This document shows, in pieces, positions 1 to 12,100 of a stretch of DNA of 64,000 bases. The notes beneath the pieces are model-generated. The model was not told the DNA's origin, ran no database searches, and worked only from the letters and a program-made list of their open reading frames with translations. A program made the translations under genes and the position numbers. Source of the stretch: Hormiphora californensis (taxonomy: Eukaryota; Animalia; Ctenophora); the NCBI GenBank assembly GCA_020137815.1, contig CM035355.1, positions 5,146,001 through 5,210,000 on the forward strand. The letters are read 5' to 3'. Position 1 is the stretch's first letter; every line of letters starts with the position of its first letter.

Positions 1-2540
1 ATCGTTTATAGGTCCCTCGGGGTACATCCTACCCTCCCACTCACATTGAACCGTCTCTGAAGTACAGGTGAAATAACTACCTGTACTACCACACTTACAC
101 CTCTTTCCATCTTGGGTCATGATCTCTTGGCCCATAATCACTTTCCTACCATCTTCCAACTCTCCACATGACGTCACTTCCTCTTTAGAGACACACTTGA
201 CCTGCCCGCTCGCCAAACACTCACACTCATCACTGATCCTACCTTCCCCTACTAACCCTCCCCTCCACATACACCCCGCAGTGGTACTACAGGCCATTCT
301 GGTACACACTAACCTCCCATTGTAGCATCTACACGTGTTACAATCCTCCATCCCTGTAGTGTCATGTGCTATAACATTACCATCTGAGAGGGTACAGGAC
401 TGTAGCTCCTCGCAGACAACCCCACCCTGATCACGGCTGCACTGACATGATCTACCATCTGGCAATATTAGAGGTCCCTCTCCTTCAAATACTGACCTAC
501 CGTCCTCTATTGTCCCACAGGAGAGCCTCCTCCTTGTCTCTCTACAGACCACCACACCATCCCTCCCACACTCACATACCCCATCTATCCGACCAACTGG
601 AACTCTTCTACCCTGGTAGTTGCAGGACCCTTCACATGCCATCTTAGTACACAGGAGAGCCCCATTGAGGCACCTGCAGGTATTACAGTCATCCCTGGCT
701 GTCATGCCGTTAGGAAGGGTAGTTCCATCTGACATGGTACATGAGGAGGAAATGGAAGAGGAGGAGGAGGAGGAGGATGAGGAGGAGGAACTGATAGAGG
801 AACCACTACTACTACTCTTAGAGGAGCTAGAGCTACCACCAGAGTTGCTGGATGATATTTTGATGGTGGTTGTTTTACTTATGTCACTTTCCCCATCTCC
901 TCCAAAAACCCTGCTTTGTGGGTTGCTTCCACCACCACCACTGCTGCTGCTCCATGACTGGGTCCATGTTGTTTTCCCATCTACGTTCTCCACAACTTTG
1001 GTATTACTGGCTCCCCAAGTAGATTTATCCCCTCCGTACATCCGACCTGATCCTTGGGAGTTTCCACTTTGGGAACTACTAGATTTAACCCATGTAGACT
1101 GAACTCCCTGAGTACTACCACTGTTACCATAGTTACCATAGTTACCACTGTTACCCCCACTACTACTGATTTTGTAACTCCAACTACCACCACTACTACC
1201 CGCCTTGCTACAGTCCACATCAGTACATTTAATCTGACCATTCAGACAGACACATACATTACACTCCTGTTTGTATTGCTCCCCACTCTGGATCACATTC
1301 CCAGAATCCGTGGTGCAGGTTCTCAGGTTCCTAGCCCGGGTCACATCACCACAGGTCTGCTGGCTGCAGATCAGGTTGCCTTGGTAACATGTACAGCTGT
1401 TACAGTCAACTTTGTATGTCTGTCCGTGGGTCATGGTCGATCCAGTTCTCCCGTCCACACAGGCACCAGTATTGGTGGAACTGTAATCGACAACCTGGAA
1501 TTTAATAGTTGTAGTGCGGGTATGTAGAGATCTGTAACCATGGTAACTAGAATTGTAACCATGGTACTAGATCTGTAACCATGGTAACTATAGTTGTAAC
1601 CATGGTACTAGATCTGTAACCATGGTAACTATAGTTGTAACCATGGTACTAGATCTGTAACCATGGTAACTATAGTTGTAACCATGGTACTAGATCTGTA
1701 ACCATGGTAACTATAGTTGTAACCATGGTACTAGATCTGTAACCATGGTAACTAAATAATGGCTTCTAAAAGAACTCACCTCATATCCATATGATGTATC
1801 AGAAAATTCCGAAGACTCTGCAGCACCAGTCTCCTCTACCTCCGATGTACTATCATACTCCATCCCCTGATTGGAACTATCATCTGAACTCTGACCTGTG
1901 TCTGACACAGCTGTACATGTTATCTCCCCACTGCTACACGTACACTGCTCCCCATTCGTCTGTGAAAAGGATCCCGATGGAATTCTAACTAGCCCAGCGT
2001 ATCTGTAGGTGGAAGCTTGTGTTGTTTATACTGGACTTAGACAGAACGAGCTTGAGATAAAGAAAGGCCAAGGGCGAGTTAATTGAGATTGGAACAAGTT
2101 AAAGTGAAATTGACTTCGTTACCTGCAAGTATCATCACTACTGACTCCCTCGCAGCTCCGTTCAGTACAGACTCCCTCTCCATCTACACATTTACAGGCA
2201 TTACAATCGTCTACCAGCAGCCCGCCTCCCTCTTGGATCGAATAGTCCCCATAGGAACAGTAACTAAACGTCGTATCTGTAACAGAGAGGTTGCAAAAAC
2301 ATCGTATCTTCAGAAAGGAGCTCTTCAGAGTGATACACCGTGATTGTCACGTCATGTAATCCACGAATAAGGGCATGAGAAGCTCTTTCAACCTTGTCAA
2401 AACACCGATTTTGTCAATAAATGGAGTAACTGTACCCCAAATCTCGAGTTCATACCTTCTCCTAATCCTCCTAATCCCTGGCTGCTACATTGTCCCAACA
2501 ACAGGGACACCCATAACACAACGCTAACAAGACGAGACAT
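1..2540 (-). CDS. Secreted cysteine-rich protein with multiple pacifastin-like / truncated VWC (TILa-like) modules and a Ser/Gly-rich linker; 3' end runs off the window
   Basis: Manual splicing on the minus strand: exons 2540-2456, 2276-2123, 2002-1780 and 1494-<1. All are GT-AG and phase-consistent (1956 nt, 652 aa, no stop). The N-terminus MSRLVSVVLWVSLLLGQCSSQ is signal-peptide-like. Modules include DDCNACKCVDGEGVCTERSC, VDCNSCTCYQGNLICSQQTC, QECNVCVCLNGQIKCTDVDC, DDCNTCRCLNGALLCTKMAC and EDCNTCRCYNGRLVCTRMAC. Confidence 0.85.
1528..1753. repeat. Intronic minisatellite, 41-bp unit x5.5, each unit containing two GTAACCATGGTA(A)C near-palindromes
   Basis: Unit AGATCTGTAACCATGGTAACTATAGTTGTAACCATGGTACT starts at 1528, 1569, 1610, 1651, 1692 and 1733. 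It fills most of intron 3 (1495-1779). Confidence 0.95.
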
Positions 2541-3962
2541 GCCGTGAAATGAGAGTTAATACACCTGGTCGAGAGAGTGTTGTGGGTAGTTTAGCTGTTA
2601 GATAAACAATGGTAGTGACACTGTAACCGCACAGTAAAAACACCAACCATCAGCATGCCAAAATGTCAAGCTGTCAATGTCAAAGGGGGCAAAAATGCAA
2701 TGCATGAATAGAGGGGAGGGTTTTTGACAAAGAAAAAACAAGAATCCCCCCAGAGTTTACCAAATACCCTTTTCCTCCTCCTTTCTTTACATAAACACAA
2801 CAACTCCAACACCGGAAGAAAAATGTTTTTTTTTTTATCGTCTATTTTTTATTTCGATATTTTCTCTTCCTCTTCGATTCTCATCACCTTTAATAATCCT
2901 TGCTATCATATCTCATTATGTTTTGTGTAGTAGCTTTAAAATTCCTACCCGTTTTTAATGTTGCAAAACGCTTTATACGACGGAACTAATTAGTTGAAAT
3001 TTTAACCTTTATGGGATTTTTTTGTTATTTAATTCTGACTTGTGAATGTTCCTTATTTTTAGGACGGGAAAAGCTCACCCCTTTTTTTTTTTAACCCAAC
3101 TTTTTCCCCCCTGCCTTCCCAAATTTCCCTTGGGCCCTTTTGAGCTGTCAACTGTACAAAGTGTGCAATACAGTGCACATTGCATAGAATGAGAGGTGCA
3201 GGTGTACCTTTGACAGAACAGAACAAGAGTAATCCCCAGAGTTATCCCCTACCCCAAGAGTTACCCCCTAGTTCCTGAGTCCATCCTCCCATTTCCTCTC
3301 TTACATTACTACACGAACAACTACAACAGCCGGAAGAAAAGGGGGAGATGGGGAGGGGGGAAGGAGGTCGGAAAGGTTGATGGATGTCGAGCGAGGAGCT
3401 CTCGGCTTGCGTCGAGGGCGAGTAGCGTCGAGCAGGCCTTTTCAGCACTCCATCTCTATCCATCTCTCCAATTATGTATCCCGTGTAGACTACACATATC
3501 CATTATTGGCTGTTTGTGTAGAAAAATGAGGAGTGTGCGGGGGAAAGGTTCGTCTATAAATAAACAATGACTGTTTAACTCAATACATAACCGTAGAAGC
3601 CATTTATACAGCCATTTTATACAGACGGAGACCTGAATAGTTTAGTTGATAGTTATTGACTTGTCGAATGTTTGCGTTATGTGTTTATGGGGACGGGAAG
3701 GAAGGGAAGGGGGTGAGAGAAAACGAAGAATAAAGGAGGGGGGAGATAAAGAGGTAGAAGGGAAAGACGGGAGAGAGACAGAGAAGAGGAGGAGGGAGTG
3801 AGAGAGCAGAGAGAGAGAGTGAGAGGAGAGAGAGGACAGAGAGAGAGGAGAGCTAGACGAGAGAGATTATAGAGCGTAGAGAGGGCGCATAGAGGTAGCA
3901 GTAAAGAGAAAGATTAGAACATTTCCTCCTATATGCTCGGCTAGTAACTCTCTTCATCCACG

Positions 3963-3978
3963 CTCTCTCTCTCTCTCT

Positions 3979-4043
<65 letters not shown>
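3963..4043. repeat. (CT)n microsatellite (one of many AG/CT tracts in the window)
   Basis: Directly visible dinucleotide run. Confidence 0.95.
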
Positions 4044-4045
<2 letters not shown>

Positions 4046-5699
4046 GTTTGATCCATCTCTCTCATTGCTTTGTCTAATTATGTGTAGACACAAAGGAAGT
4101 GTGGGACAATGTGCTCACTGCTCCCTCAGTAGCGTGTATTATAACTCTCAAAAGCGTCATTACAAGCTGTTTAGTCTGAACTGCACCGGAACTGTTCCTG
4201 GAAATTGAACACCCTCTTGAGCTTGTTCCACCCTTTTCAACCTGTTCCAGTGCCCCGGAATTGTTCCCTATCCCTCTCTCTGATACTTCACATAAACAGT
4301 TGCTCCCACGGATCGCTGCAGAGGACTTCTATTTTAGATTTTGGTAAGTTTCGGCTGTTGTTGAAAGCGCTAAGCGTGAAGAAATAGGGTGGCAGTTAAC
4401 AAGCAGTCGTCAAGCACTTTTCGCTTTCTCTCTCCCTCAGTCCATCTCTATCTCTCTCTCCCCTCTCTCTCTCCCTACATCGAGTTCACCCTAACATCCG
4501 GCGTTTTTATTTTGCTTGACAAAAACTCTCTCCTTATTCGGTCAAGATCTGTCAGTTACGAGAATTGACAGCTTTATAATACTCGAGTTAAAATGTTTCG
4601 CTTCATTGGGGTCCCTTCATTGATGAAGCGTGTTGTCTGAGAGAAGCATTTTATTAATCTGTAGAACTGATAGCTTCTTCCGGAAGCAGCTATATCATTT
4701 CTACAGATTATTATCATGCGGCTCTGAATAAACAATTATCCGATACTTATCCTGTCGAATATTAATATTATTTGTATGTTTTATTTCTCTAGCAGTACCA
4801 AAACGATTATATTAACATGTAACCCAAAGTTTACTCGTGAACATGGGAATTTTGTCACCCCAAGCGAGGGGAAAGAGAGCAAAGAATAAGGACTCCGATG
4901 CAGAATCAACAGAGAGTACCCTTCGAGTCGGGGCAACGCCCCGAGTTCCAAGTAGTGATCGCGAGGAGAAGACAACTTACAGAATCACATAAAAAGGTGT
5001 CCCCAACCCAGCCGGCTAGAAGCGTCGAAGGCGGCGCAGCCATACCCCCCGTCGCTAGGATCCATCGTGACGTAGCGACGTACGGGGAGGGACTCTCTGC
5101 TTTGCGTCCTAGCCCCCAGGTTTATCCTGGCCTGGTTCCGGCACTTGCGTCTCTTCCCCCGCCCCCAATCTATCGCGGGAGTACATCCCTCGGGCCTTCA
5201 CTCTTATCTCTTCGTTGGTCGGTCCCTCTTCCCTAACGCCGCTGTGTGGGGATAAAGCCCTCCTCCCATTGTCCGGATAACACCGTGAAGGTCTAATCCC
5301 ATTAGCACCGAATGCCAAAGGCCTTGAAACCGTATATAGAGCAGCACGAGAACCGTACCTGCCCAGATGTTCGCAAGATCTTACCCTACTTCTAGACCAA
5401 CAAACACATGGAGTAGGGAAAAGGACAGGGAAACAGAAAGGAACGGAGAGAGAGATGGACGCGACCCAGGTGATGGGATAAAGCTCGAGTAGCGAGAGGA
5501 GAGAGAGAGAGAGAGAGAGAGAAGAGAGACTAGAGAGATAATCCGCGCGAGAGACTAGGAGCGAGCGCTGAGCGCATCTAGCGCTAGAGATATCTCGATT
5601 CGATCCTCTCCGCTATATCTCTCCTAGACGATCGATAGTCTCTCTCTATCTCCCTCTATCTCTCTCTCTCTTCTCTCTCTAGCTCTCTCTATCCCTCTA

Positions 5700-5745
<46 letters not shown>

Positions 5746-6139
5746 CGCTCTCTTCATCTCCACTCTACCTCTGATCTCTCTATCTCTCTACATTATTGTT
5801 TCTCACCCCGACTCTCTCTCCGCAACTATTCAATGTACTTGCTAGATACCTTTCTTTCTCGATTCTATCCAAATACAGTATTCCCAAACAATCTGTCTTC
5901 TTCCTTCACCCACTGCTCTCCCTCCTGTCTACCTCCTATCTTGAACTCTGTTTGTCAGTTTGTTTCAGTGTACAATCTTTCTTTTTCCTTGTAGCTTTTC
6001 AACCTCTTATTTTGTTTTAGCTTAAATCTTGGATATCATTTGCTTCCTTTCCTTGTCAAGTTCTCTGACACCAGCCCGGCCCATAGCAACTGGACTCCAT
6101 AGCAACTGACTCCAGCCCTGGTTACAGCCCAGTTTCAAA

Positions 6140-9100
6140 GGTCCGTTAAATCGTGGACATGGTTTGACAGGGAGTGGAGCGTGTCAGACATGGCACCGTC
6201 AAAAGTCCCTGGCATTCCAGCACTCTCCTACATCGCTTCGGTCACTCACCACCTACCTGGGAAAAAAACGACTATCTATACATGTGATGGATTCAGTTGT
6301 CGATTGTACCCCCTCCCTCCACTAAGGATCAACCAATTCAACCGGACCTTGTTCCTGAAGCAATACATGGACCCTCAGAAAATTGCTGGTTCGCTCCAGA
6401 CCATATCGAGGAACCACAAACCGATGGGTTCCCAGGGCCATGATAAGCGCAACATACCAAGCTCAATGATGATGGACCAATTCTCCCCCATCAAAACACC
6501 ATGGACCAATAATAGGCCGGAGAAGCGAGTGCTCCAGAATCATCCTCCTGAGGATGCCGTTACCATAGCTACGAGGACCTGGTTACGTTCGCAGCAAGCC
6601 AGAATCTGGGTTACCAGAGTCACCCGAGTCTCAAATCAGAGACAGATCTAACATTCACCTCTGGGTTAGTGTCTTAGATTTGATTTGCTGCAAGCGTAAG
6701 GATCTAGCGACCGTGTCAGCTATATCCCAGCCAAAAGTCAGTACTTCGTAAACCCAGTCTACCTAGCCCCCATCCTCCCAGAACTCATTCTCCGAGGGAC
6801 AATGGGGGTCCCTCTCTTCAAGAATCTTGGCCACGGATCACCGGAGCTGTATGCGGAAGATTTGTTTGCGTAGTTTTGCCGAGGATTTGTCTCAGGGAGA
6901 GATTTTGGGATAGCGTTCTCAAGCGTTGATCAGCAGTTAACTGAAGTTCTGAATTAGGTCCGGTGTTTGTTTTTGGTTGTCAGTGTGTTTGTCAACCAGC
7001 GATTCTGGGACCCATAAACTAAATATGAACAAGACCGTTAATTAGCTTTAAGGACCGACCCCCTTCTTTTGATTTTCTAATTTACCAAAATAGGGGTAAG
7101 GACAAAACACGAACAGCCTGATCTTCAACGTAGTGTAGAGGACACCAGTATGACACAACAACTAACCCCCTTCCCTCCCCTCGAGGTAACCCAAGGTAAA
7201 CTCTAACCGGAACACCCGTCGGTTGCTAGACCTGGGCGAGGATGGTGGCCCCGGTTTACCGTTCACGAGAACCCCTCGCCACCCCCGCTACTGGCTGCTA
7301 CTCCCCCTCAATTTGCAACACCTCCTGCTTCTTCAACACCCACCAACAACACATCAGGTGTGTGGAGAGGGAGAATTCATGATTTTTCCTTGGCTGATTA
7401 GATCCCTTGAACACCAGAATTAGTTTAAGAATAGATGGAGGGATTGGAACTAGAGAAGTTACTCAGTGGTTTCGATGTAGTAGTACCTCACATCCCATAA
7501 AATCCCCCCTCCACCAGGTTCCATGGACGCCCCCAGTAGCCCAGAATTACTCACAGTAGTCGTTAAGAAGGTGGATTAACTCCCTCGGTATAAATGTCAT
7601 CAGAAGGGAGCGGGAGAATCTTGATCAAGAACGGGTCCCTGATGGGCCTGCCAGTAAGAGCCCCAGGATAAGGCTGGGGAATCAGATTCTGGCGGTAAAT
7701 GAGCACCCTCTCTCGGGGTTGTTAGGATGAAGACGCTATAACGGTGCTAAGAGAGCAGCGGGAGAGGTGACACTGCTACTTACCGATTCAAGTGTAACTG
7801 TGCCAATATTACGCAAAGGTGAGTTTCAAAATTAGCTGCTATCTTAACCAATCAGAGGCCATAGTATTTTCAAAACTCTGACCAATCAGGGCCGGTATAT
7901 CAACTAATGGCAGCTGTGGGTGACCAGTGTGCTCTACACTAAACCCCGAAACTCGTATTGTTCAGCCTGAGGATATTTCTTTGGGGGGAGTCGAAAAAGA
8001 ACAATGAGGGATTAAACCGTTATCTGATAAAGGTAACAGGTTACTAGTGAGCGTAGTCGGCAGGTCTTTCAAAAGTTGTTCTCCAACCACCGATACTTTC
8101 GATTCTACGAGTGGCTCTCCACATGACCACATGACTCATTAATCATGGACCTCCCCTCGATTTAGATTCCCCGTTCTCTCTCCCCACCACTCGCGGTGAG
8201 ATCTAACTCCTAACTTTGTTTTCACTCTGGCCTGTTGAGAATGCAACAAACTCTGACCGTTACTGAACTGTTCATTTCAGCTACCACTCCCTAAACTCCC
8301 TGACATCACTTCTCTTTTCAGCTCCACTCCCTCAACTCACTGGGTCTGATGGGACCGGAGATTATGTGGAGAAAGCGTAAGGAAGATATCAGTGTTTTCT
8401 GCCAGACCAAGCACCCCCTCCAGAATCCCAGTCGGGCATTTCGAGGAATAGTGAAAGCTTCGGTCAAAATCAAGACCACATTGAGTACGCCCTCGGTCCA
8501 GCAAAGCACAGCGCGACGCCTATGTCAGTCAATGGCACAGCGAGGACGCCCTCTGTCAAGTCAAGGCACAGCGAGACACCTTCAAGACACAGTGAGGCAC
8601 ACTCAATGCATCATCCAGGCGTCTCCCAAGGCCCTCTTCGGTTGCTAGCTCGAGCACAGCTCAACAACGTGATGTCCAACTCACAGCCACAGTATTCAGA
8701 CAACAATACATATGCTCGGACGCCCCTGGGTGTCATGGTTACCGCATCTTCGGACGCCTTAGCAACCAACTATCAAGGTGTAGACCCCGATCTACACAAC
8801 TGTAGGGGCAAAGGAGAGAACAGAGGAGGAGGAGGAGGTGATTCCAAGACAGTCTAGTGTGGTTTTGAGACCTGATACTGGAAATAGGAGGATATCGTGG
8901 AATGACAATCCCATTGAGGTACAATTTTAATTAGCTAATATTACGTGTGTTATACTCCCCTATTTTTGTCTCCATAACAACTAGCCCTAGCAACTGAAGC
9001 ACTCCTTTTGACTCATATAATGTAGCACCAAATTTACTGACCCATTTCTCTCTCTTGATTAGCCGGAGAGAGATGTAGTGACGGTGGATATCAAAACTGA

Positions 9101-12100
9101 GGGGATGGGAACTGGGATTATTCTGAGCCCTCAGATCTACCCTGATGGGATATTGGTGAAGGGCCTGGGTCCCACTGCAGCTGCACAACAGTATATCTGG
9201 CCACAGGATCTTATTATCAGTATTGATGGAAATGTAAGTACATATTCTGGTGTGTGGGAAGTGCACTTCCAGGGTATAATAACATCTAATTCATTCATTT
9301 CGGCATCAAATCTATCAAACAGTGCATGTTTACATGCCTCCTTCTTTCAGACAACTGATGGGTTGGCCATGTCCGATGCTGCAGAGTTACTATCCACGAC
9401 CAACACTACAATTCGGTTGGTGGTAAAGAGGGACTGCCCTAACTACAACGTGGTAACGGTCATCGTGGAGAAACCTAAATCAGGTAACATGATTACCATG
9501 GCAACTTTAAAATTCTCAGTTAACCCGAAAAAATAGTAACCTTTAATAATCCCTCTTCTACTTGCTTTGCTCGACCCTCTCTCACCGCGCCAAATATTGT
9601 AAAGAAGGCTTATAACATAACACGATCTCCCACCTCCAGGAAGTATTGGTTTGAGTATCACGGAGAGAAGATCCCTACCCGGTATCTACATCTCCCAAGT
9701 GACGCCTGGAGGGGCTGCCCACATTGCTGGTGGAATAGAGAGGGGTCAGAGAATTCTAAAGATCGGTGATGCCAGTGTCAAATACATGAGACAACCAGAA
9801 TTTGTTCGATTACTAAAGGTAACTCATCATTTTAGCAAAGTTGAACTAAATGCTAAATATTTTACAGAATTTAAGCATTAAGCAAGCTTAATCTCATGAT
9901 AACGAACCCCCCCTCTGGCCATTTCTAATTCTAACTACACCACCCTTTACTACATTATGAAACCCGATAGCTGATTTATCAGTCCTTTGAAGATTTTGCG
10001 CGCTCATGATAACTGCTAGCTGGGGGATTTAACACCCTGCTCGTGATTTATCAGGCCAGTGTCCTTTTTCACGCGTTTCTCTTCATTTGAATAACATGCG
10101 TGTAAAATTCTAAGTATTGAAAATGTGTGTAAACACACAGTTCTGTCAACAAAAGAAAGGGGAAACATGTCTGCAACACGTTTCAATGTAATGAGTAATC
10201 TCTCTCATAAGGAGTGAAAAGAATCACATTCCATTCATTTCTCTCTCTCATTGTCTCTTTTACTGTTCACTACCTCTGACAGTGTGTATTGCCCCTAATC
10301 TTTCTCTCTCTTTCTCAAACATGTTAGGAACAGTAGACAGGGGGGGTCGTCATGTTAATGTTAATGTTTCATGAAAATTTTTAAAATGTTAACATTAACA
10401 TTATTAACATTATTAACATTATTAACATTATTAACAAAAAAAAGAAGCTTTTTTAAGTCTTTTTGAAGCTTTTAATCCCGCTTTAATAGATCATTTGCGT
10501 TATTTTTGACAATATCATACGTACTACCCATCCAATCAACACTGATATACAGTCGGACCCTGATTTAGTGGCACCCCGATTTAGTGGCAGGATTTTTTTC
10601 CCCAAAAATTTTTTTGAATTTTTTTGTGAAAATTGTCCGAATCGTGTTTCGAATCGGTGCATCTTATCGCATGTCCTGCTGCTAATTGGACAGTCCGGAA
10701 CGAACCGATAAGTGATCCCCATGGGGCCATTGAATCACATGTTTACCAAGCGTCAAAATGGGGGGGGGGGGGGGTGCAACCCAAAAAAAACCAACCATAC
10801 CCTGGATTTTCAAAATTGTTGATTTTTTTGGTCGTTTTTGATTTTTTTTGATCTTTTTTGATTTTTTTTAATCTTTTTTGATCTTTTTTTGTTTTATTTG
10901 ATCGTTTTTGATTTTTTTTGTTCAACATTAAACATTTAAAAAAAATCAAAAACGATAAAAAATTTCAAAAAAATTAAAAACGACCAAAAAAAAATCAAAG
11001 AAATTTCAATCAAAAACGACCAAAAAAAACCAACCATACCCTGGGTTTCGGAAAAAGTTTGATTTTTTTGGGGTTGTACCCCCCCCCCCCAATTTCGATT
11101 CGATGGCGATCACGTTTCAGTTCGTTCCGAACCGTCTAATTAGCAGCAGGACATGCGATAAGATGCACCGATTCGAAACACGATTCGGACGTGGCTGGTA
11201 TTCCTTTAAAAAAATTTCAAGAAAATTTCACAAAAAAAATTCAAAAAAATTGTTGGGGGGAAATCCCTGCCACTAAATCGGGGTGCCACTAAATCAGGGT
11301 GAGCCATATTTGGCCCATAAAAACCAGTTTATACATTAAACTGGTGTTCTTTACTCGTATACCCGCCTTTGTTATAATGACTATTTTCTTACCTCAAAAC
11401 CTTTGATAAAATCCAAACAACTATCCTAGCTATGAAATATCTGCCATGGGAGATAGTGAGTTTATGATAGAAACACCTAAACACACATAAAACAGCTATA
11501 AACCGACTAAAAACATCTAAAACGCGATTTTTGTTAATTTTGTTAATTTTGTTAATTTTGTTAATGTTTCACCAAGGGTCGTTTGTTAATTAACAAAACA
11601 TTAACAAAATTAACATGACGACCCCCCCAGTAGACACTAAGTCTACACACATTTTCAGGGTCTCTGTTGACTATTTGCCAGCAGTCCTAGTGTGTTTCAC
11701 CTTGTGTTGTGTCTCTTATTTGTGTGTAATTACTATCGGGTTTCATAAAATATGAACGTTTGTTAGCCTATCGCGTTATAGGTTTAAATCACCTCCCCCT
11801 CACCCTCGGCTGGCGCCTCGGGATCGGCGTCGGGATTTAAACCAGTTTAATCGCCCTGCCGGGCGATTAAACTCCAGTTGGCTGTTCCCAGCTCGCGCTG
11901 GGAACAGCCAACTTCATAACGCGCCAGTCTACAAACGTTCATACTTCATTTGTTAATTTAGTAACTATAGTAACCAACTATCACACACCAGGAAAGTGTG
12001 GCCCAAGTCAAGTTGACTGTAGGTACTCCAACAGGAGATCTTCAGAGAAGCTCTGTGGAGGGAGGGGGTAGCAACAGGAACTCTTACACTAACTCTCAGG

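Larger units (their letters stand above)
9958..11745. mobile_element. Non-autonomous TIR element (outer layer of an intronic nest), TA-flanked
   Basis: TTATGAAACCCGATAG (9955-9970) is the exact reverse complement of CTATCGGGTTTCATAA (11733-11748). The sequence is absent from the homologous 165-nt intron of copy 2 (20611-20775). Confidence 0.75.

Noticed and set aside
119-1527. Plus-strand ORFs (poly-Glu, Thr-rich) and the 981-1241 minus ORF
   Set aside because: Shadow frames of the real minus-strand Cys-rich exon 1494-<1.
1528-1753. CRISPR-like appearance of the palindromic repeat array
   Set aside because: The inter-core sequences alternate between two fixed strings rather than unique spacers; it lies in a eukaryotic intron with no cas genes.
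2660-3140. Apparent duplication of 3140-3700
   Set aside because: The first copy is a homopolymer-distorted version of the second, typical of a low-quality read end rather than biology.
4850-5620. Sequence unique to copy 1 as a separate insertion or gene (112-aa ORF)
   Set aside because: It lies in the noisy part of copy 1, retains scattered matches to 16320-16520, and shows no recognisable motif or termini.
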